Below the pieces are notes generated by a model. The model saw nothing but the letters and a program-made list of their open reading frames with translations, did no database searches and was not told the DNA's origin. 19,637 nucleotides of DNA, from positions 1-19,637 of the forward strand of contig JBFRWI010000037.1 of the NCBI GenBank assembly GCA_051439505.1. Direction: 5' to 3'. The stretch comes from Hormoscilla sp. Its GTDB lineage: Bacteria > Cyanobacteriota > Cyanobacteriia > Cyanobacteriales > Desertifilaceae. A program made the translations under genes and the position numbers. Positions 9,890 to 17,134 of this stretch are shown here, piece by piece. Position 1 is the stretch's first letter, and each line of letters begins with the position of its first letter.

Positions 9890-10645
9890 ATGAACAGCAA
9901 AAACCAGCAGCAAATCATCTATATATTATTGACGCGGATAATCATTTATCTCGGGGTGATATCTATTGTTCTAGCTGTGGTGAGGTGGCTGAAAATATTA
10001 TCAATTTGGTTCGCAGATAAATACTTATACAGTATTTCCTTGATCGGCGATATATTGCGAAGTGTAGAAATAATCGATATGGCAAATATCTTATTATTTG
10101 CCATACTAGGAATGGCATTTGGCTTGGCAAGCATCCTCTTGCCCAGGAAGCTGAGGGGGAAAATCAGCGCTATACTTTTAATTCCGATAGTGCCCATAAT
10201 ATTTAATATCACTAGCATCATCAGATACAGGCAATGGGTAGAAGCAGTGGGATATCAAGAGAAACTTTCTCCGGCTGAAGCTAAAGGTCTAACTAATGCA
10301 TTTTTGACCAGTCAAGTGGGAAAGAAAGGCTTCTGGGGTTTCTATTTATATACGGCAGCATATCCCATGATCCCTAAAAATAAAATCGAAATGCGGGAAA
10401 TGAAAAAAATCGATGATAAACTGAAATTAGGATTGATTAAAATTGTCGGTGAAAAATTCTCTTTGCCGGTCAAATTAATGTTTGCACTGGCAGGCTGGTT
10501 GATAAAATTGTTTTATTTTACCATCTCACTCATAGCAACAATTTCCCATTTTAAGTATGGGATGAGCGCATCGGAAATGCTGCACTTGCAAGCAGACAAA
10601 ATTATCGAAAAACTTAATCAATCTGATAGAAAATATGGCTCGTAA
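9890..10645 (+). CDS. Hypothetical integral membrane protein (about 4-5 hydrophobic helices)
   Basis: 251-aa ORF with hydrophobic stretches (IIIYLGVISIVLAVV, ILLFAILGMAFGLASILL, ISAILLIPIVPIIF, LMFALAGWLIKLFYFTISLIATI). It starts 32 nt after tlyA. Confidence 0.8.
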   Translation: MNSKNQQQIIYILLTRIIIYLGVISIVLAVVRWLKILSIWFADKYLYSISLIGDILRSVEIIDMANILLFAILGMAFGLASILLPRKLRGKISAILLIPIVPIIFNITSIIRYRQWVEAVGYQEKLSPAEAKGLTNAFLTSQVGKKGFWGFYLYTAAYPMIPKNKIEMREMKKIDDKLKLGLIKIVGEKFSLPVKLMFALAGWLIKLFYFTISLIATISHFKYGMSASEMLHLQADKIIEKLNQSDRKYGS

Positions 10646-10724
10646 GTGACCACTTTTAAAATTTGAGCGATCGGCAACGCCGCATAATTCAGCAGTGTTA
10701 TGTTGAGGCCCAAGTATAATAGGG

Positions 10725-10754
10725 GCAATTAACCATTAGCAATTAACCATTAGC
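10725..10754. repeat. Short tandem repeat (GCAATTAACCATTA x2, heptamer-based, STRR-like) between convergent genes
   Basis: Two exact 14-mers at 10725 and 10739, related to the CAATTAACAATTAGCG arm at about 1549-1564. Confidence 0.7.
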
Positions 10755-10765
10755 GATTCGCAAGT

Positions 10766-12085
10766 TTAAGGGAAAAGTTCCTGGCGTAGACGATAGATAA
10801 TTGTGTGAGAGTCTGCCCGATCGAGAATGGATCGAATCACGGTATTAGCACCATTAGGTCCCCAGGTACAACCTTGTTCGAGATAAACTTGGGCGGCGGT
10901 TCCTACCTTGTAAGCACCATATCCAGCTAAACAAGCTTGGGCGATCGCGGCCCCGCCAAAACCGGTAATTGCAGAAGCACCGGTAACAGCAGCAGTAGTT
11001 TTGCCCAACCCAAAGAGCAAACTACTGCCCACTTCACCCAAAACCAAGCCCCCAGAACTAAACACAATCGTCTTCCACAGCTTACTAGCAGTATAGTTGG
11101 TCATGGGTAAATTATAGAGCTTTCCTAACTCCCGAATCAAAGCTAAATCAGTCACCGCCCCTCCCATAATATCTAATAGGGCGATCGGGTTTACGCCCAC
11201 AGCTATGGCCTTATATCTAGTAAATTGCCAAATCAACTCTTCCGCTTGTTCGCTGCGGTATTCAACAGTTTTGCTCGCAATGCTAGTTTCCGCTTCTCGG
11301 GCCTGGACCAGGGCATTCAGCGCTAAAAGCGATCGCCCTTCCCGGTTGAGCAAATCTATGATTTTCTGCCGTAACTCATCCAGCTGGGGTGGGGGAGTTT
11401 CCCACTCATAACTAATGCTACCATCAGGCAACTCCACCCGCACCTTTCTGGACATGGGTGCCGCCGCCACCCGAACAATTTCATTGCGAGTCAGTAAGTT
11501 GCCACCAGTGCCTCCTAGTTGTTGTAGCTTCTGGTAAATTGCCTCTAAGTCCTGTTCGGGATAGAGGTCGATCTTGTTAAATACCAAAATTAAGGGTTTT
11601 TGAGCTTGCTGAAGGTACAGCAGTGCATCATACTCAGTACGGGTAATATCTCCAGCGACCACAAATAAAATTAAGTCTGACTGCTGCGCCACCTGCTGGG
11701 CCATCTGCGATCGCACTTGACCTGCTATTTCATCTAATCCCGGCGTGTCAATTAACTCCACCTGCACCTTTCCACCATTCGTCCACCGAACAGATCTGGG
11801 CCATTGAGTCACTCCATGAATGGGACCAGTTTGCAGGATATTTTCCCCCAGTAAAGCATTCAAAACCGCTGACTTACCGCGACTGACTAGACCAAAAACC
11901 GCGATTTTGATTACAGTATTATCCAGTTTATCCAGTACCGACTTCAACTTCTCCAGTTCCGGTTGCACCGGCAGCGATCGCATGCGACCATGTCCGTATT
12001 GAGACAGGGCTTGCCTGATACTAGCACGAGCTTGATTTAGGTGAACTTCTTGGCCTAACCCATCATCCGATTTATTCTTTCCCAT
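10766..12085 (-). CDS. Era/MMR1-like GTP-binding protein with a C-terminal DUF697/YcjF-like region
   Basis: G1 GLVSRGKS, G3 DTPG, G4 NKID. The C-terminal NPIALLD...DLALIRELGKLY and Gly/Ala-rich hydrophobic segment are typical of this cyanobacterial family. GAGG RBS upstream. Confidence 0.88.
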   Translation of the reverse strand: MGKNKSDDGLGQEVHLNQARASIRQALSQYGHGRMRSLPVQPELEKLKSVLDKLDNTVIKIAVFGLVSRGKSAVLNALLGENILQTGPIHGVTQWPRSVRWTNGGKVQVELIDTPGLDEIAGQVRSQMAQQVAQQSDLILFVVAGDITRTEYDALLYLQQAQKPLILVFNKIDLYPEQDLEAIYQKLQQLGGTGGNLLTRNEIVRVAAAPMSRKVRVELPDGSISYEWETPPPQLDELRQKIIDLLNREGRSLLALNALVQAREAETSIASKTVEYRSEQAEELIWQFTRYKAIAVGVNPIALLDIMGGAVTDLALIRELGKLYNLPMTNYTASKLWKTIVFSSGGLVLGEVGSSLLFGLGKTTAAVTGASAITGFGGAAIAQACLAGYGAYKVGTAAQVYLEQGCTWGPNGANTVIRSILDRADSHTIIYRLRQELFP

Positions 12086-12256
12086 ATTATCCTCTTGCAG
12101 GCCCCCTATAATAATTCGGCGTTGTACCCAATCGGGGGATGATAATTGTCAGTGTTGGTAAATCCTCGATTCAAAATTACTTCATCATCAAGTCGCTGAG
12201 AACGAGGAGCGCGTATACTCCGCTGCCTATGCAATTTAACTGCACGACACTTATAG

Positions 12257-12290
12257 TGTTATGATAAACAAATAATCATTATCTTGTCAA
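12257..12290. promoter_or_regulatory. Overlapping divergent promoters (GTPase / cheA) with a Fur-box-like sequence
   Basis: Minus strand: TTGACA (12290-12285), 18 nt, TATCAT (12266-12261). Plus strand: extended -10 TGnTATGAT (12257-12265). 12265-12283 TAAACAAATAATCATTATC matches 14/19 of GATAATGATAATCATTATC. Confidence 0.45.
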
Positions 12291-12369
12291 GTTATTCTTG
12301 GTGAGAATTCCGCACTTAATAGTCAATCACGATCGGGCCCGTCACGTCAAGGAGGAGCAGAGCAGCAAA

Positions 12370-14577
12370 ATGGAAATAGATGAAGATGTCAAGGCATTCC
12401 TAGTGGAAAGCAACGAAAACCTGAATCAGCTAGAGGGGGACTTGGTAGCCTTGGAGCAAAATCCCGCTGACCAAGAACTGCTCAACCGCATTTACCGCGC
12501 CCTTCACACCCTGAAAGGCAACTGCGGCTTCCTGGGTTTGGAAAAACTGCAATCAGTTGCCCATGCTGCCGAAAACCTCCTCAGTTTCCTGCGCGATCGG
12601 GCCTTAACAGTCAACCCGGAAATCGCTAGCGCCCTGCTACAAGTAATAGACGCAGTGCGGCAAATTCTCACCACTCTGGAGGGGACCGGTTCGGAAGGCG
12701 ATCGGGACGACACGGCATTGGTAGAGACATTGCAGCAACTGCAAGGGGGCAACCCTCCAGTTGCTGAGACAGAAAGTACCACAGAAATTTTACCTCATGC
12801 TCCATCGCCGCTCCCGGAAGTCCACACTGCCACGGTGGCTGACAGTTCCATCCGAGTGGATGTTAACTTGCTAGATAAATTAATGAATCTGGTGGGGGAA
12901 CTGGTTTTATGCCGCAACCAGTTGGTAGAATTTGCGGCCCAACAACAGGCAGCTTCCAGACAGACAGACAGCAAATTTGTGGCGACGTCCCAGCGCTTAA
13001 ATCAGGTGACGGCAGAGTTGCAGGAAGGGGTGATGAAAACCCGGATGCAACCCATCCGCACCATCTGGAGTAAATTCCCCCGCCTGGTGCGGGACTTATC
13101 GGTCAACCTGGGTAAGCAGATACAGCTGGAGATGGAGGGGGAAGACACGGAACTGGATAAGACCTTGATCGAGGCGATCGCGGATCCGTTGATCCACTTA
13201 GTACGCAACTGTGTTGACCACGGCATCGAACAGCCCGAGGTCCGTACTGCCCTGGGGAAACTAGCTACTGGACGGCTGTTTCTGCGAGCATTTCACGAAA
13301 GCGGTCACGTCAATATTGAGATTTCCGATGACGGGGCGGGCATCGACTCGAACCGCATTAAGGAAAAGGCCCTAGAACGGGGTCTGATCGGTGCCGAAAA
13401 GGCCAATCAGATGGGGGACCAGGAGGCTCAAAACCTGATTTTCCTACCGGGCCTTTCCACGGCCACCCGAGTCAGCAACCTCTCAGGGCGGGGCGTGGGC
13501 ATGGATGTGGTGCGGACGAATATTGAGAAAATCAACGGCACCGTTGATGTCTACAGTCCGGCACCATCCCGGGGCACTACCTTTAAGCTGAAGATTCCCC
13601 TGACTCTGGCAATTATCCCCACCCTCATTGTCACTAGCAAAAGCAATGGCCCAGGGGGTATACAGTACGATCGCTACGCTATTCCCCAGGTCAACCTGTT
13701 AGAACTGGTGCGTCTGGAAGGATCTCAGGCCCGCCGAGGTATAGAAATGGTGCATCGGGCACCAGTGTATCGCTTGCGGGGACGTCTGTTGCCCTTGGTT
13801 GATTTAAACCGGGAACTGAACTTAGAGGTCTCCCCCCAAGAAGAGGACAGGGATACTTTGAATATCGTCGTTCTCCAAGCTACGGACAAACCCTTCGGCC
13901 TCGTAGTAGATGCCATCAATGACACCCAAGAAATAGTGGTTAAACCCCTCGGTAAACAACTCAAAGGCATTCCCTGTTTTGCTGGTGCTACTATTATGGG
14001 AGACGGCAAGGTAGCATTAATATTAGATGTGCAAGGACTTGCTGCCAGGGCCCATGTACTATCCGAAGCGATCGGACCCACTGTAGCTGAGTCCAAGAGT
14101 CAGTCCCAGCAAGAGTCCGGCGGTGTTGCCAGTCAGCAGCATCGCGATCGGCTCATGTTGTTGCTGTTTGCTGGACCGGACAATCGACGGATGGCAATTA
14201 GCCTGTCCCGGGTGGCCCGCTTAGAAGATTTTCCCGGTCGGGCCATCGAACGCACCGGTCTAATGGATGTCATCCAATATCGCAATCAAATTCTGCCCCT
14301 GATTTATCTGTCCGCCTGCTTTTCCTCTGGTAGTTACTTGCCGATGGAGGCTACCGCAGATGATAAAATCCAGGTAGTCGTGGTGCATGTGAATGGAGAG
14401 CATATGGTAGGACTGGTGGTCGATCGCATCCTGGACATTGTCGAACAAGAGATCGAAGTCAAAGGCGCAGCTACCCAAGAGGAAGTGCTTTATTCGGCAG
14501 TCATTCAGGGTCGGGTCACTGAACTTATAGATGTCGAAGCCGTAATCAGAAATAATTTAGTTGGTGCCATGCCATGA
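12370..14577 (+). CDS. cheA: CheA histidine kinase: HPt - dimerisation - HATPase - CheW - second CheW; no P2, no receiver
   Basis: HPt [31 protein letters not shown]-box [31 protein letters not shown]. CheW-like 1 is RYAIPQ...[15 protein letters not shown] and CheW-like 2 is [12 protein letters not shown]...[11 protein letters not shown]...ELIDV. ATG 12370 (MEIDED) is preferred over TTG 12298 because AGGAGG lies upstream of it. Confidence 0.95.
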   Translation: MEIDEDVKAFLVESNENLNQLEGDLVALEQNPADQELLNRIYRALHTLKGNCGFLGLEKLQSVAHAAENLLSFLRDRALTVNPEIASALLQVIDAVRQILTTLEGTGSEGDRDDTALVETLQQLQGGNPPVAETESTTEILPHAPSPLPEVHTATVADSSIRVDVNLLDKLMNLVGELVLCRNQLVEFAAQQQAASRQTDSKFVATSQRLNQVTAELQEGVMKTRMQPIRTIWSKFPRLVRDLSVNLGKQIQLEMEGEDTELDKTLIEAIADPLIHLVRNCVDHGIEQPEVRTALGKLATGRLFLRAFHESGHVNIEISDDGAGIDSNRIKEKALERGLIGAEKANQMGDQEAQNLIFLPGLSTATRVSNLSGRGVGMDVVRTNIEKINGTVDVYSPAPSRGTTFKLKIPLTLAIIPTLIVTSKSNGPGGIQYDRYAIPQVNLLELVRLEGSQARRGIEMVHRAPVYRLRGRLLPLVDLNRELNLEVSPQEEDRDTLNIVVLQATDKPFGLVVDAINDTQEIVVKPLGKQLKGIPCFAGATIMGDGKVALILDVQGLAARAHVLSEAIGPTVAESKSQSQQESGGVASQQHRDRLMLLLFAGPDNRRMAISLSRVARLEDFPGRAIERTGLMDVIQYRNQILPLIYLSACFSSGSYLPMEATADDKIQVVVVHVNGEHMVGLVVDRILDIVEQEIEVKGAATQEEVLYSAVIQGRVTELIDVEAVIRNNLVGAMP

Positions 14578-15017
14578 GTACTAACCGAATGGGGAGACCC
14601 ATAGAAATTCTCTTGGTTGAAGACAACCCCGGTGATGTGTTTTTGACCCAAGCTGCCCTGGAAGATGCCAAGATTAACAATAATCTGCACCTAGCAGTAG
14701 ACGGCGAAGAAGCGATCGCCTTTCTCTTCCGACAGGGAGAGTATGGTGATGCGCCTCGTCCCGACGTTATCCTCCTGGACTTAAACCTGCCGAAAAAAAA
14801 TGGTCGGGAAGTCTTGGCGGAAATTAAGAATGACGATCGTCTCAGGCGGATCCCAGTAGTTATTCTCACTACCTCAAGTTCTGACCAAGACATCCTGAAA
14901 AGCTACAACCTGCACGCCAACTGCTACATCACTAAACCCATTGACCTAGAACAGTTCGGTCATGTGGTTAGGTCGATTGAAAATTTTTGGTTCACGATCG
15001 TCACTCTACCACCTTGA
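14574..15017 (+). CDS. Single-domain response regulator of the Rcp1/RcpA (phytochrome-associated) type
   Basis: [48 protein letters not shown] and C-terminal IENFWF match the Rcp1-type pattern. ATGA overlap with the cheA stop. Confidence 0.92.
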   Translation: MSTNRMGRPIEILLVEDNPGDVFLTQAALEDAKINNNLHLAVDGEEAIAFLFRQGEYGDAPRPDVILLDLNLPKKNGREVLAEIKNDDRLRRIPVVILTTSSSDQDILKSYNLHANCYITKPIDLEQFGHVVRSIENFWFTIVTLPP

Positions 15018-15079
15018 TGATAATTGACAGGGGTTATTGTTAAAGGAACAACGGAAAATTAAGAACAGAAAATTAATAA

Positions 15080-15520
15080 ATGACAGAAGAACGACAATTA
15101 TGTACTTTTTTTCTTGGCGAACTCTTCTTTGGCATCGAGGTGTCCAATGTGCAAGAGATTATTCGCTATCAGGAGATGACGCGAGTGCCCCTAGCGCCAA
15201 CAGAAGTGGGGGGGTTGATTAATCTTCGGGGTCAGATCGTGACGGCGATCGACTTGCGGCGGCGCTTGGAATTGGGCGATCGCCCCAGCGATCGACTGCC
15301 CCTGAATGTGATCGTCCGCACCAGCGAGGAAACTGTCAGCCTACTGGTAGACGAGATTGGGGACGTGCTAGAAGTAGGGGGTGACAACTTTGAAACTCCT
15401 CCGGAAACTCTCAGAGGCAGGATACGAGAATTGATCCGGGGAGCCTATAAACTGAAAGAGAGGTTACTGCTGCTCCTAGATGTGGAGAAAGTTGTCGATT
15501 TGGCGGAAGTGTCTGCTTGA
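15080..15520 (+). CDS. cheW: CheW coupling protein
   Basis: QLCTFFL...FGIEVSNVQEII...TRVPLAP...GLINLRGQIVTAIDLRRRL...LLVDEIGDV...LLLLLDVEKV. Confidence 0.95.
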   Translation: MTEERQLCTFFLGELFFGIEVSNVQEIIRYQEMTRVPLAPTEVGGLINLRGQIVTAIDLRRRLELGDRPSDRLPLNVIVRTSEETVSLLVDEIGDVLEVGGDNFETPPETLRGRIRELIRGAYKLKERLLLLLDVEKVVDLAEVSA

Positions 15521-15524
15521 CATG

Positions 15525-15566
15525 GTAGGTGGTAAGTTGTAAGTTGTAAGTTTTCGGTTGTAAGTT
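15525..15566 (+). repeat. Heptamer tandem repeat (GTAAGTT)n, STRR-like
   Basis: GTAGGTG-GTAAGTT-GTAAGTT-GTAAGTT-TTCGGTT-GTAAGTT in 7-nt register, directly after the cheW stop. Confidence 0.75.
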
Positions 15567-15674
15567 GTCCACTAACTACTGACCATTGAGCAATAATACC
15601 ATGCAGTCAAAATCCCAAATTTGATTAATCGGTTTTAACTCACATCTTGCACCATTCTCAATTGCTCTCCTGGC

Positions 15675-15775
15675 CCGCCGGGGCCCCGGCGGTATGACTT
15701 TCTCGACAATGCTAGAGAGTGGGTTTTAACCCACTTTAGCTATTAGCCGGGGGTTTGAACCCCCGGCGGGATGAC
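15675..15775. repeat. Cluster of palindromic REP/SDR-like hairpins upstream of parA
   Basis: Perfect 18-bp palindrome CCGCCGGGGCCCCGGCGG (15675-15692); AGTGGGTT-TT-AACCCACT (15718-15735); GCCGGGGG-TTTGAA-CCCCCGGC (15746-15767). The first and last both end in CCCCGGCGGnATGAC. Confidence 0.7.
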
Positions 15776-15796
15776 AGCGTAGTTACTGTAATTATA

Positions 15797-16615
15797 GTGT
15801 TAAAAACAGCAGCATCTATTGCCTTCGTAAATATCAAGGGGGGGACGGGTAAAACTACTACCTGCATCAATGTTGCTGGCTATCTTGCCAAAAGCAGCAG
15901 TGAGAAGAAAGTATTAGTAGTAGATTTCGATCCCCAAGCTAATGCCACATCCGGTTTGGGTATTGACGGCTCTAGTCTAGAATACTCGATCTATGATGCC
16001 CTCTTAGATCGGTGTGAAGGCTACAGTGGCGTTCCTATTACCCAGATTATTCTGGAAACGGATGTAGAAAACCTCCATTTAGCCCCATCGGAATTGCATT
16101 TGGGAACTTTACCAATGGTGATGCAGCAGGTTAAAGATCGCGTCGGTCTCTTGCGCCGGATCCTGGAACCCGTGCTAGGGTTTTATGACTATATTTTGAT
16201 TGATGCTCCCTCAGATGCAGGTTTGTTTATGTTGAACAGCTTGCGGGCCGCCGATCGCCTAGTCGTCCCCCTTGACTCTAGCATCTTCTCTCTGGAAGCC
16301 CTGGAAAACTTGAAGATCTATTGCGCCGACCTAGAGGAAATGACCGGTCACCCGATCGGGCAATTCACAATAGTTTTGAATCGCTATAGCAAATCTAAGC
16401 ATACATCAAATAAGTCCAGCAAGTCCAGCCCATCGGAGGAAGTTGAAGCTACTCTCAAACAAATGCACGAGCATATTTTTACGATCCCCGAATCTCTCTT
16501 AATATATAGATCGCAGCAAGAAGGTATTCCCTTATCACACTTGGCTCCCACTAGCAAGATCGCTAAGGATTATCAGGCGATCGCCAATCATTTGGCCTTG
16601 GTTCGTGGTAAATAG
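15797..16615 (+). CDS. ParA/Soj/MinD-family ATPase
   Basis: Deviant Walker A NIKGGTGKTT, VVDFDPQANAT, YDYILIDAP, AADRLVVP. GTG 15797 is preferred because the track's TTG 15755 lies inside a repeat hairpin. Confidence 0.92.
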   Translation: MLKTAASIAFVNIKGGTGKTTTCINVAGYLAKSSSEKKVLVVDFDPQANATSGLGIDGSSLEYSIYDALLDRCEGYSGVPITQIILETDVENLHLAPSELHLGTLPMVMQQVKDRVGLLRRILEPVLGFYDYILIDAPSDAGLFMLNSLRAADRLVVPLDSSIFSLEALENLKIYCADLEEMTGHPIGQFTIVLNRYSKSKHTSNKSSKSSPSEEVEATLKQMHEHIFTIPESLLIYRSQQEGIPLSHLAPTSKIAKDYQAIANHLALVRGK

Positions 16616-16672
16616 TAGGGTGGGCACCGCCCACCAGAATGTGTTTTTTACCAGCTGGTGCAAGACCACACC

Positions 16673-16796
16673 ACGTGAGTTCGACGGCGACGATAACCAT
16701 TATTTTTCGTCGGGTTATGGATCGCGCTCAACCCCCATGATTGCGTTGGAGAGCTCCCTAACTACGAACTACGAACTACGAACTACGAACTCACGT
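16673..16796. mobile_element. 124-bp MITE-like element
   Basis: 11-bp terminal inverted repeats ACGTGAGTTCG (16673-16683) / CGAACTCACGT (16786-16796). CACACC direct repeats flank it immediately (16667-16672, 16797-16802). No transposase. Confidence 0.75.
16760..16791 (+). repeat. Heptamer tandem repeat (AACTACG)x4.5
   Basis: Exact units at 16760, 16767, 16774 and 16781, plus a partial unit merging into the right TIR of the MITE-like element. Confidence 0.9.
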
Positions 16797-17093
16797 CACA
16801 CCCGTTCCTATCGGGCAATGTGCCATTTTCTATTCCCATTGGTAATTGGTAATCTCAGGATATATGCTCTCCGGCACTTGACACAGATAAGTAGGCGGAC
16901 AAAAATATTTACACATTCGGAAAGTTGGCTTAACTGCGATGGTGGTGGGCGGTGCCCACCCTACTATGCAAAATGACCTGATGGGCCGATGTTCTCGTGT
17001 AAATCAGGAAAAATACTCATAAATAATTGCGGGACTGCTGTTAAAGTGTGAAATTGGCAAGCAAATGCAACGGTGAAAAAAGTAATACCCACC

Positions 17094-17119
17094 AAGCGCT
17101 AAAGCGCTTACTACAAACC
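17094..17119 (-). repeat. GTAG-type short palindromic dispersed repeat, copy 2
   Basis: AAGCGCT-AA-AGCGCTT-ACTACAAACC. It shares 16 bp with 7283-7298 in inverted orientation and ends 2 nt before the AGGAG RBS. Confidence 0.65.
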
Positions 17120-17134
17120 CTAGGAGAAGTATAA

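Larger units (their letters stand above)
16612..16967. repeat. Inverted pair of 25-bp GTAG-type REP-like palindromes bracketing about 305 bp
   Basis: ATAGTAGGGTGGGCACCGCCCACCA (16612-16636) and its exact reverse complement TGGTGGGCGGTGCCCACCCTACTAT (16943-16967). Each has an internal GGTGGGC/GCCCACC stem. Confidence 0.85.

Noticed and set aside
12298..12369. TTG start of cheA
   Set aside because: The HPt domain starts at MEIDED (12370), with an AGGAGG upstream.
1841..15222. Other short ORFs nested in or antisense to pnp, SNF2, SWIM, tlyA, the GTPase, cheA, the receiver and cheW
   Set aside because: They overlap well-supported genes and show no protein motifs.
15755..15796. TTG start of parA
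   Set aside because: It lies in the loop of a repeat hairpin; GTG 15797 gives a normal ParA N-terminus.
16605..16976. 123-aa ORF after parA as a ParA partner protein
   Set aside because: It is built from REP, MITE and heptamer repeats (RVGTAHQ, TTNYELRTTN, GGRCPPY are translated repeat sequence), so it is almost certainly non-coding.
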